DNA of 64,000 nt from assembly GCA_049414425.1 (NCBI GenBank), contig JBMSAO010000037.1, positions 1,731 through 65,730 on the forward strand, given 5' to 3'. Every line of letters starts with the position of its first letter. Within the stretch, counting starts at the first letter, position 1. A program made the translations under genes and the position numbers. Source of the DNA: Desulfurococcaceae archaeon. Lineage in GTDB: Archaea > Thermoproteota > Thermoprotei_A > Sulfolobales > Desulfurococcaceae. Below, piece by piece: positions 7,912 through 16,110 of this stretch. The notes beneath the pieces were generated by a model that worked only from the letters and a program-made list of their open reading frames with translations, did no database searches and was not told the DNA's origin.

Positions 7912-8784
7912 CAGCGTTACTAAAATATACCCCAATGGCGTGAGGGCAAATATAGACGTCTCACTACGAGCTTGTAGTGGCGAAGTAGTCTGTATTATGG
8001 GTCCTAACGGCGCGGGCAAGACGACTCTGATAAGGCAGATCACAGGTATACTAAAGCCTACGAGTGGTGCAGTGAGGGTTTTTGGGAGAGACCCCGTTAA
8101 ACACCACAACTACATTAAGAGGAGAATATCCTATACACCGCAACTCCCACTAACATACCCAGCACATAGAGTTATAGAAGTAGCGAAGTACGTAGCCGAG
8201 CTCTCTAATACTCCATTTGAGCGTGTAAGAGAAGTTTTAGAGCTACTGGGCTTGTGGAGTAGTAGAGATAACCTCGGGTACCAGCTGTCTTTAGGGCAGA
8301 GAAAACTCCTACTACTAGCACTAGCCCTAATTAAGGGTGGAGACCTCTTAATACTAGATGAGCCAACCGCGTTTCTAGACGTGTTTAAGAAGAAATTAGC
8401 GTGGAGTGCTCTACTATAAGAGAAGAGGAGAGGCAAGTCAATGCTCATTGTAAGTCACGATACTGAAGAAGTGCGAAGACTCTGTGATAGAGTATACATT
8501 ATGGTCGCCGGGAGAGTAGCAGGTAAACTAGACTTACTTAGCGACATTAATGGGGTGTCGAGGTCAAAGTGTACTGTGAGAGGCCTAGTGAGCTAATTCA
8601 CTTATTTAAGCGAGGTAATGTGAAAGTCTACGATGAACTACTAGTAGTAGAGTACACGCGCCTCCTCGACGCTCTCGAAGACTTGGAGAACCTGGCTGTA
8701 AATGGCGTGAATAGAGATATTCGCGTTACGCTAGAATACCCCTCAGTAGAGTACGTTCTAGAATCTCTACTCGCTAAGAGGTGA
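7889..8784 (+). pseudogene. ABC transporter ATP-binding protein, disrupted by an in-frame stop and a frameshift
   Basis: Walker A GPNGAGKTT, signature LSLGQRK, Walker B LLILDEPTAFLD (7889-8416). In-frame TAA at 8417-8419. The same frame continues EKRRGKSMLIVSHDTEEVRRLCDRVYIM (H-loop) to the stop at 8594-8596. The C-terminal domain (VEVKVYCERPSEL...LEYPSVEYVLESLL) lies in another frame from 8551 to 8784. The frame change is at the G-run 8552-8555. Confidence 0.7.
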
Positions 8785-9536
8785 GTGGCGTGGGGTTCTC
8801 TACACTAACAAAGTCTACTGTATTCTCGCTGAAGACGTATAGACTGTACTGGCCTAATCTCATATCAATCTGCGTCTTAATGCCAATTACGTACTTAGTA
8901 GTGATTTTCGCTACTGTTCCAGGTGATATCGAGGCTCTAAAAGCGGCGCTAGTAGGCTATATTGTAATGACCGGGTTTAACACGCTATTCTACATATCAG
9001 CGCTATACATAGCTAATACTTTTGAAGAACAAGTACTAGAGTCCTACGTGCTACTGCCAGTACCATTCTGGGAGGTCATCTTGTCTACAATACTAGCTCA
9101 GGTGTTAGTGAGTATTCCACCACTAGTAGTAGGACTTGTAATGCTGTTCCTCATCTCTAGTACAATTAACATACTCCTACTAGTAGCTGGACTGGCAGTT
9201 ATACTAGTAATTTACAATTCGCTGGGCATACTACTCGGCGCGAAAGTGAGGAATATGATAAAGCTAAATCCACTACTCGTAGCACTAATGATGATTACTA
9301 TAATAGCTACACCCGTGTACTACAGGCTACTCTACGTGAGCGAGCCGTACAGAACTCTACTACTACTAAACCCGCTAACACACGTAGTAGTTGTACTGAG
9401 AGCCTCTGTGGGGGTCTACGAGGGCTTTCCAGTGGAGTTCTCACTACTCTACTCCGCGTTGATCTCAGCACTACTTCTCCTTCTCACCTGGTGGAGGCTG
9501 CGTGGAGGTGCTTTTACAGTTCTCGAGAAGAAGTGA
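8781..9536 (+). CDS. ABC-2-type transporter permease
   Basis: About 6 hydrophobic helices, 251 aa. 4-nt overlap with the end of the ATPase C-terminal domain reading frame. Confidence 0.7.
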   Translation: MSGVGFSTLTKSTVFSLKTYRLYWPNLISICVLMPITYLVVIFATVPGDIEALKAALVGYIVMTGFNTLFYISALYIANTFEEQVLESYVLLPVPFWEVILSTILAQVLVSIPPLVVGLVMLFLISSTINILLLVAGLAVILVIYNSLGILLGAKVRNMIKLNPLLVALMMITIIATPVYYRLLYVSEPYRTLLLLNPLTHVVVVLRASVGVYEGFPVEFSLLYSALISALLLLLTWWRLRGGAFTVLEKK

Positions 9537-9883
9537 GAGTGGTGGAGTTGAGGAGTCTTAGAGAGGTAATAGAGTTGACTAGTAAGAGGTCGATGCCTGG
9601 ACTGCTAGAACTAGTCAACTTGTACTGTAATCTCGCGTTTAGAGCAGACTACTTTACAGTACTACTAGAAAGGCCGGAGTACATCGTGGAGATACTGAAG
9701 AAACTCTACGCACCCGAAGTAGTAGAGCTAATAGTGTACAGGGTCTTTTCCAAGCCTATAGTCGAGTTCGCGGGGAGAGGAGACGCAGTAGAGCTAGCTA
9801 GACTCACAGTGAGAGAACCGGAGTTATTTAGAAGCGAGGTAAAAAAGCTACTAGGAACTATTACTCAAGCTACTCACGGCTAA
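9491..9883 (+). CDS. Hypothetical small helical protein, last gene of the cluster
   Basis: ORF only. A more likely start is GTG 9533, which overlaps the permease TGA (GTGA coupling), or GTG 9539/9542. No recognisable motifs. Confidence 0.45.
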   Translation: MEAAWRCFYSSREEVRVVELRSLREVIELTSKRSMPGLLELVNLYCNLAFRADYFTVLLERPEYIVEILKKLYAPEVVELIVYRVFSKPIVEFAGRGDAVELARLTVREPELFRSEVKKLLGTITQATHG

Positions 9884-10187
9884 TTATAAATCTCGGTGGA
9901 GAAATCCACTCGCTTTTACAGCGAGGACACCTGCTAGGCTTTTTAGGCTTTTCTAGGTCTTTGAAGACATATCCACACTTTCTACACGTAGGCGGCTCCA
10001 TTAGGAGCACTTCTCTACCCTGAGATCTACTGCGAATAGTTTTAGCTATGTGTGCTAAGTGCTCATAGACCTCCCTATCCGTGATGTTAACACCTAGAAC
10101 TTCAATAATCTCCCTGGCTGTGAGTGGTCTACTAGTAGACCTGAGTAGTTCAATAATTCTCTCTCTTATTGTTAAAAACTCCTCCAT
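9870..10187 (-). CDS. HTH domain fused to a Zn-ribbon; predicted transcriptional regulator (COG3357-like)
   Basis: N-terminal RERIIELLRSTSRPLTAREIIEVLG and C-terminal CRKCGYVF...RCPRCKSEWISPPRF. Confidence 0.65.
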   Translation of the reverse strand: MEEFLTIRERIIELLRSTSRPLTAREIIEVLGVNITDREVYEHLAHIAKTIRSRSQGREVLLMEPPTCRKCGYVFKDLEKPKKPSRCPRCKSEWISPPRFIISRE

Positions 10188-10196
10188 AGTAGCACT

Positions 10197-10742
10197 TCAC
10201 TTTTTAGACGCCTTGTACCTCTCAATAGCGCGCTTAATCTTCTCTAGTGCTACGTCTCTGCCTTTCCAGCCGAGAACTCTAACCCACTTACCTTTTTCGA
10301 GCTCTTTATAGTGCGCGAAGAAGTGCTCTATTCTCTGCCTAATAGCCTCGGAGAGGTCTTTTACGTCTCTTATATTCTGAAATCTCGGGTCTATTTTATC
10401 AGCTGGTACGGCAACTATTTTTGCATCGAACCCCTTCTCGTCCTCAGTCTCTAGTACACCTATAGGCTTAACTCTAATAACACAGCCGGGTATGAGGGGG
10501 TCGTAAGAGACTACTAACACGTCTACTGGGTCGCCGTCTTCTTCGAGAGTTCCGGGTATAAAGCCGTAGTTAAACGGGTAGACCATTGACGTGTAGAGTA
10601 TTCTGTCGACAAATAAAACCCCGGTCTCCTTGTCGATCTCGTACTTGACACCACTATTAACTGGTATCTCGATTAGTACATTTACCTCTTCAGGCGCTTT
10701 TTCACCAGGACCTATTTTGTCTAGTACACTCACAATTAACAC
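10197..10742 (-). CDS. ppa: Inorganic pyrophosphatase (family I)
   Basis: [57 protein letters not shown]. Confidence 0.9.
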   Translation of the reverse strand: MLIVSVLDKIGPGEKAPEEVNVLIEIPVNSGVKYEIDKETGVLFVDRILYTSMVYPFNYGFIPGTLEEDGDPVDVLVVSYDPLIPGCVIRVKPIGVLETEDEKGFDAKIVAVPADKIDPRFQNIRDVKDLSEAIRQRIEHFFAHYKELEKGKWVRVLGWKGRDVALEKIKRAIERYKASKK

Positions 10743-10791
10743 CTAGACACACTACTACACAGTTTATGGTTAAGAGTAGTGAGGTAAAAAA

Positions 10792-11670
10792 CTACTTTCT
10801 GAGAACTTCTCTTAATAGTAGTGGCACTTGTGAGGGTGTCTCGGCTACTTGTATGCCAGCGCTCTCGAGACTACTTCTCTTAGACTTGTAGTCTCCCATA
10901 CCCATTGATATTATTGCGCCGGCGTGCCCCATGCGCTTGCCTGGCGGAGCTGTTCTACCGGCTATGTAGGCTACTACTGGCTTCTTAACTGCTAGCTTAG
11001 AGTAGTAGTCCGCAAATCTCTCCTCGGCGTCACCACCAATCTCGCCTATTAAGACCACGGCCTCTGTCTCCTTGTCTTCGAGAAACATCTTGTAGACGTC
11101 TATGAAGTCGAGTCCCGTAATGGGGTCTCCTCCGAGGCCTACTACAGTTGAAACTCCGTAATTGTGTTTACTCAGCTCTCTCGCAATTTCATATGTGAGA
11201 GTGCCGCTTCTCGAGACAAGCCCTACAGAGCCCCGTTTAAATACGTGTGCCGGCATAATGCCTAGTTTACACTCACCAACAGTCATAACACCCGGTGTAT
11301 TGGGTCCAATGATATTAACACCTCTACTCCTAGCGTAGTTAACGAATTTAATTTCGTCGTGTAGCGGTATGCCCTCAGTTATGACGACAACTACTCTCAC
11401 GCCGTGATCTATAGCCTCGTACACAGCGTCGCTTGCAAATCTAGCTGGCACAAAGACTATTGAGGCGTCCACTGGGCCCTGCTCTCTCACAGCCTCGTAC
11501 ACGGTGTTGTATACTGGAACCCCGTGAACGTAGCTACCGCCCTTACCGGGCGAAGTGCCAGCAACTATTTTCGTCCCGTACTCTAACATTAACTTAGTGT
11601 GAAAACTCCCCTCTCTCCCAGTAATGCCTTGAACTAGTACTCTAGTAGAGGGGTTCACGAGTATACCCAC
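10792..11670 (-). CDS. sucD: Succinyl-CoA synthetase alpha subunit
   Basis: [36 protein letters not shown] and the phosphohistidine loop GHAGAII. Confidence 0.9.
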   Translation of the reverse strand: MGILVNPSTRVLVQGITGREGSFHTKLMLEYGTKIVAGTSPGKGGSYVHGVPVYNTVYEAVREQGPVDASIVFVPARFASDAVYEAIDHGVRVVVVITEGIPLHDEIKFVNYARSRGVNIIGPNTPGVMTVGECKLGIMPAHVFKRGSVGLVSRSGTLTYEIARELSKHNYGVSTVVGLGGDPITGLDFIDVYKMFLEDKETEAVVLIGEIGGDAEERFADYYSKLAVKKPVVAYIAGRTAPPGKRMGHAGAIISMGMGDYKSKRSSLESAGIQVAETPSQVPLLLREVLRK

Positions 11671-11673
11671 TAC

Positions 11674-12813
11674 TCACCACCTCTTAGCCAGCTCTACAGC
11701 TGTTTTTACGGCGTCATCCATTTCACTGTACGCTTCAATACCGTGTTCCCTTAGTATTCTACGCCCCTCCTCCTCGTTAGTTCCCAGCATTCTCACTACA
11801 ATGGGTTTCCTAGCGCAGACCTCCTTCACGGCCTCAATAATACCCAGTGCTACTTCATCACACCTCGTTATTCCTCCAAATATGTTAATTAGCAGTACTC
11901 GCGTCCTCGGGTGTGTAAGCATTAATTTAACAGCCTCTTTAACGCTTTCTCTGCGGGCACCACCACCGATATCGAGGAAATTAGCGGGCCTCCCCCCGTA
12001 GTAGAGTATCGAGTCCATTGTAGCCATTGTCAAGCCGGCGCCATTACTAATTACCCCTATATCGCCGTCTAGTTCGACGTAGTTAAATCCGAGTTCTTTA
12101 GCTCTCTTCTCGTACTCAGTGAGGTCTCTTCCGTAGAGCTTCTGCAAGTCTGGGTGTCTGTAGAGGCTATTATCATCGATAATTACCTTGGCGTCTAGAG
12201 CTACCAGTCTATTGTCGCATGTCAGTGCCAGCGGATTGAACTCTACGAGCTCCGCCTCGTAGTCAGTCATGATACTGTACATAGCCTTCATTATGTTTGC
12301 GAGGTCCTGTAGGAGAGTCCACGGGAGTTTTAGTGCTTGCAGCGCTTCTCGAGGCATGTAATCGCTGTACCCCACGCTCGGGTCTACGTATATTCTGTGT
12401 ATCTTATCGGGGTATTTCTTAGCCAGCTCCTCTATTTCAACTCCACCCATTTCAGAGACTAAGTATACTGGTCTGCGAGAAGCCCTGTCAACTGTTAGTG
12501 ATAAGTAGAGCTCTCTACTAATACACACTTTCTCCTCAACTAGCACTTTTTCTACTTTTTCTCCGCGAATAGTACTCGAGAAGAGCCTCTCGGCTACTGC
12601 GTAGGCGTCTTCTGGAGTCTCGGCGGCTTTCACGCCACCAGCTAACCCCCTGCCACCGACGAGGACTTGAGCTTTAATCACCACAGCTCCGAGTTCCTCC
12701 GCAACTCTCTTCGCATCTTCAGGATTCTCGACAACTCTACCACGCGGCACTGGAATACCATAGCGCCTAGTAATCTCCTTACTCTCATACTCGTAGAGCT
12801 TCATTCTGCACAC
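11674..12813 (-). CDS. sucC: Succinyl-CoA synthetase beta subunit
   Basis: MKLYEYESKEI, ATP-grasp N-terminal domain, NIFGGITRCDEVA. The true start is probably the MKLYEYE Met, 3 codons in. Confidence 0.9.
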   Translation of the reverse strand: MCRMKLYEYESKEITRRYGIPVPRGRVVENPEDAKRVAEELGAVVIKAQVLVGGRGLAGGVKAAETPEDAYAVAERLFSSTIRGEKVEKVLVEEKVCISRELYLSLTVDRASRRPVYLVSEMGGVEIEELAKKYPDKIHRIYVDPSVGYSDYMPREALQALKLPWTLLQDLANIMKAMYSIMTDYEAELVEFNPLALTCDNRLVALDAKVIIDDNSLYRHPDLQKLYGRDLTEYEKRAKELGFNYVELDGDIGVISNGAGLTMATMDSILYYGGRPANFLDIGGGARRESVKEAVKLMLTHPRTRVLLINIFGGITRCDEVALGIIEAVKEVCARKPIVVRMLGTNEEEGRRILREHGIEAYSEMDDAVKTAVELAKRW

Positions 12814-12855
12814 ACCAGTTAGTAGTAGAATCAGTTAGGAATAAATGAGTATTAG

Positions 12856-12940
12856 TGCGGGGGGTGGGATTTGAACCCACGCAGGCCTACGCCATCGGGT
12901 CCTGAGCCCGACCCCTTTGACCAGGCTCGGGCACCCCCGC
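12856..12940 (-). tRNA. tRNA-Leu (CAG), class II
   Basis: Reverse complement folds as GCGGGGG/CCCCCGC acceptor, anticodon stem TCGGG/CCCGA, loop CTCAGGA, long variable arm TGGCGTAGGCCTGC, T arm GTGGG-TTCAAAT-CCCAC, discriminator A. Confidence 0.9.
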
Positions 12941-13099
12941 ACATCTACGTACTCGTAAACCACACCGGTACCGTAAATAGCTATATAATAGACCGGTCTT
13001 TTAATCATTAAAGCGCAGAGCGCTAATCTACTCGTGTGTACTAGGGCTGTTTCTGTTAACAAGGCGAGTTAGAGTTGTTTAGGTCTTTTTCGGGTTTTA

Positions 13100-13260
13100 A
13101 TCGGGGCTCGTAGACCACTATGCAATCTCGGCACTGCGCCGTGAGGAGCCCGAGGGCGGCTTAAAACACCGCAAGCAACCTCTCGGGTGAGCGGCTCTCT
13201 GAGACTGGCTCAGTAGTCAGTGAGGAGATGCGCGCGCTCACTAATCGCTTCGCCAGCTCT
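13100..13260. ncRNA. GC-rich structured intergenic island; candidate ncRNA of unknown class
   Basis: About 61% GC by hand count. Helices CTCGG(13127-13131)/CCGAG(13150-13154), CTGAG-actgg-CTCAG, and AGTGAG-12 nt-CTCACT. Shares TCTCGGCACT and a CCGAGG(G)CGG motif with the island at 41.2 kb. Confidence 0.3.
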
Positions 13261-13304
13261 TCTTCATCCCTGAATAAATTACTCCTAGTAGCTCTTTAAA
13301 TTAG

Positions 13305-14495
13305 TTGCGAGAGGTCTGCGAACCCGTGTCAGCTTTGTTAAATGCTGTTAGGAGTGTGCTAGAAGAGAAGAAGAGACTTAGTGAGCTAGTGGAGTCTAAG
13401 CTCAGCGTGGAGGAGAGGGAGCGCGCTGGGAGTGACCCCCACGCTAAGAGACCTCCTAGACCCTGTGGAGTAACAGTACACACAGCTATAGGCTGCGTGT
13501 ATCAGTGTAAATACTGCTACATCTACGACATGGGGTTTAAGAGAGAGATCAAGCCGTATCCTCTCAGCGGGCTTCAATTAGTCTACGCGCTACTAGTAAA
13601 CAAGTACTTTATTCCGGGTCTCCGCGGAACGTACATAGCAATAGGCAGTGTCTCTGAGCCCTTTCACCCGGCAGTCGTAGAGAAGACAGTAGAGTACATT
13701 GAGGCGTTTTACAAGTACCTCTCTAATCCAGTACAGTTCTCAACTAAATCGTATCTCAGTAGACACCTCTGCGAAAAACTCGCAGTCATAAGTTCCGGGA
13801 GAGTATCGCCTCTAGTGACAATTGTGAGCCTCAATGAGAGCAGGGCTCTTGAGCCCTACGCGCCAAGCCCTGAGAAGAGACTCGAGAGCATTAAGAACCT
13901 CAGAGAGGTGAGGTTAAAGCCGCTTCTCTTTTTGAGACCCATAATTCCGGGCTTAACGGAGAAAGAGTACGCGGAGATAATTGACCTCGCGGCTGAGTGC
14001 GGAGCAGTAGGCGTAGTAGCGGGTACTTTGAGAGTCACGCGGAGAATAGTAGAAGAGCTTCGAGAAGCGGGCTTTGACACTTCACTTATTCTGAGGAGAG
14101 TGAAAATTCCACTTGAGAAAATGCGTAGTGGTGTGCATTACGACGTGTATACTAGTGACATTAAGTCTCAAGTAGCCAGCTACGCTAGGCGTAAGGGGCT
14201 ACTCTTCTTCCCATCGGCTTGCATGGCGAATCTCTACACACACAGAGTCTCTTGTTGGAAAATGTCTTTAATGAGTGTAGACGCCCCCGAAAAGCCTCGA
14301 GTAATAGACTACGAGGCTGTGAGGAGAGTTGTGGAGTGGCTAGGGGGGAGAGTGGAGAGAGTCTCTTACAGTAGAGGCGAACTACTAGTAGACGTCGCTG
14401 GCAGAGTAGACTTCAAACTCGTGAGCGAGGTCTTGAGATCGCAGTTTTTAGCCTGCGTGAGAGTCGCCCAGAGTGAGAGAGGTAGGGGTCATTGA
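13305..14495 (+). CDS. Radical SAM protein (SplB/COG1533-like)
   Basis: GCVYQCKYCY (CX3CX2C) near the N-terminus. 396 aa. No further assignment possible by eye. Confidence 0.6.
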   Translation: MREVCEPVSALLNAVRSVLEEKKRLSELVESKLSVEERERAGSDPHAKRPPRPCGVTVHTAIGCVYQCKYCYIYDMGFKREIKPYPLSGLQLVYALLVNKYFIPGLRGTYIAIGSVSEPFHPAVVEKTVEYIEAFYKYLSNPVQFSTKSYLSRHLCEKLAVISSGRVSPLVTIVSLNESRALEPYAPSPEKRLESIKNLREVRLKPLLFLRPIIPGLTEKEYAEIIDLAAECGAVGVVAGTLRVTRRIVEELREAGFDTSLILRRVKIPLEKMRSGVHYDVYTSDIKSQVASYARRKGLLFFPSACMANLYTHRVSCWKMSLMSVDAPEKPRVIDYEAVRRVVEWLGGRVERVSYSRGELLVDVAGRVDFKLVSEVLRSQFLACVRVAQSERGRGH

Positions 14496-15130
14496 GCGGT
14501 ATTCACGTAATATTTGACCTCTACGGGACACTTGTAGACTGGACTAGTAGTATTAGTAGCTTCATTGAGAAGTACTTGTCGAGAGAGGCTGTAGAAGACT
14601 TCTTTAAGTGCGATCTAGAGGTTGTTTCCTCGGGTGTTTACAGACACTACAAGGAGATCCTGAGAGAGTGCTTGAGTAGAGTAGCTCTGAAACGCGGCGT
14701 CATCCTGGCAAGAGATCTCGAAGACGCGTTTGTACTCCACTTCGCCAAGTCACCTCTATACCCAGACGTTATCTATGGTATTAGGCAGCTGAGAAATAGA
14801 GGCTTTGTAGTGGGAGTGCTCTCCAATACGGGTAGAGATTTAATTAAAATAACTCTCTGTGGTATTGAAGACCTACTAGACTTCACAATTACGGCTGAAG
14901 ACGTTAAAGCCTACAAGCCCAGAAAAGAGGCTTTTACGAGAGCTTACGGAATACTCGGCATAACTCCACTAGACGCCGTTCACGTATCAGCGTATCCCCA
15001 GTACGATTTGATACCAGCTAGTGAGCTTGGAGCCAGGACAGTCCTACTAGATCGGGGCTACGGGTGCAAGTGGTATGTGTCTACTAGTAGTCTAGTAGAG
15101 CTTGCAGAGATTCTCGAGGAGATTTTGTAG
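14492..15130 (+). CDS. HAD-superfamily hydrolase (haloacid dehalogenase-like)
   Basis: Motif I VIFDLYGTLVDW, motif II VLSNT, motif III KAYKPRKEAF. Confidence 0.75.
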   Translation: MSGIHVIFDLYGTLVDWTSSISSFIEKYLSREAVEDFFKCDLEVVSSGVYRHYKEILRECLSRVALKRGVILARDLEDAFVLHFAKSPLYPDVIYGIRQLRNRGFVVGVLSNTGRDLIKITLCGIEDLLDFTITAEDVKAYKPRKEAFTRAYGILGITPLDAVHVSAYPQYDLIPASELGARTVLLDRGYGCKWYVSTSSLVELAEILEEIL

Positions 15131-15216
15131 ATAGAGTGTCAGTAAGGACTCAGCTCATCAGGTACTCAGACGAAACCTCCTTCATCAGCCACCTTCACGC
15201 TTAAACTAAGTGCAAA

Positions 15217-16110
15217 CTACTTTTTTAACTTTATTTCCCACTTCTCGCTCGACTGTCTGAGCACCGGTATAGTGTTTCTCGCCTTCTCGACTTCCTCTAG
15301 TAGTAATTTGTGTTCAGCGTAGTGCTCTCTGTAGCCCATATCTAGCTCCTTATAGCCCCACGGGCTGTACACACCGCTTTTCCCAGTAAACATTTCTCCT
15401 ACTTGATTTGAGAGCACAATGTACACGGTGTTCTCGTGAGCTCTACTAGAGGCGAGGGCGTCGAGAACGCTCTCCTTTAGGGGGCCGCGGACCCAGCCCG
15501 CTTGCACTACTATGAGCTTAGCTCCGCTGAGAGCGTAGAGCCTGAAGAGCTCTGGGAACCGCAGGTCGTAGCATATAGCGAAGCCCGTCTCAAAGCCATT
15601 AATAACGACTAGCCTACTTGGAGCAGTCCCAGGCGTGAAGAAATCAGATTCTCTGTAGCCGTACGCGTCAAATAGGTGCATTTTACTGTAAACGTGTAGA
15701 GCCTCGCCGCGACTAGTTATGAGTATAGTTGAACTCCTAGTGTAAGGTGGAGTTAGAGTTTTCTCCACGAAGTGTACAGCTAAATTAGCGCCGAGACTCT
15801 CAGCTAATTTGACGAGTCCAGCTAAGTACTTACTACTAGTGGGTTCTTCTGCCAGCTCGTAGACTCTGCGCGGGTCTCTCACTAGTAGCGGGTTCACCAT
15901 ACTGTACTCGGGGAGCACAATCAGGTCTGCTTCTCTATACCGGCGCTTAATGAGAGAAGCCGCTTTTTCGAAGTTTGCTTGAGGACTCCCACTAAAATCG
16001 GCCTGGACAATTCCTACAACAAGCTCGCTCAAGAGAGCAACCCCTCTTAGAACTAAGAATTGCGGAGAGGGTTTATAGAGTAAAGAACTACTCAGCCTTA
16101 ACGCGCCCAA
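15217..16110 (-). CDS. Carbon-nitrogen hydrolase (nitrilase superfamily)
   Basis: LIVLPEY, catalytic-Cys motif GFAICYDLRFPELFR, RAHENTVY. The true start is likely downstream, near LSELVVGIVQ. Confidence 0.8.
   Translation of the reverse strand: MGALRLSSSLLYKPSPQFLVLRGVALLSELVVGIVQADFSGSPQANFEKAASLIKRRYREADLIVLPEYSMVNPLLVRDPRRVYELAEEPTSSKYLAGLVKLAESLGANLAVHFVEKTLTPPYTRSSTILITSRGEALHVYSKMHLFDAYGYRESDFFTPGTAPSRLVVINGFETGFAICYDLRFPELFRLYALSGAKLIVVQAGWVRGPLKESVLDALASSRAHENTVYIVLSNQVGEMFTGKSGVYSPWGYKELDMGYREHYAEHKLLLEEVEKARNTIPVLRQSSEKWEIKLKK

Noticed and set aside
12835-13062. 75-aa ORF on the minus strand
   Set aside because: It overlaps the well-folding tRNA-Leu(CAG) gene (12856-12940) and its promoter, so it is spurious.
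13141-13275. C/D-like boxes GTGAGGA (13141, 13222) paired with CTGA (13199, 13271)
   Set aside because: The C-like boxes deviate from the consensus at the U position. No internal C'/D' boxes are present, and the spacing is atypical.
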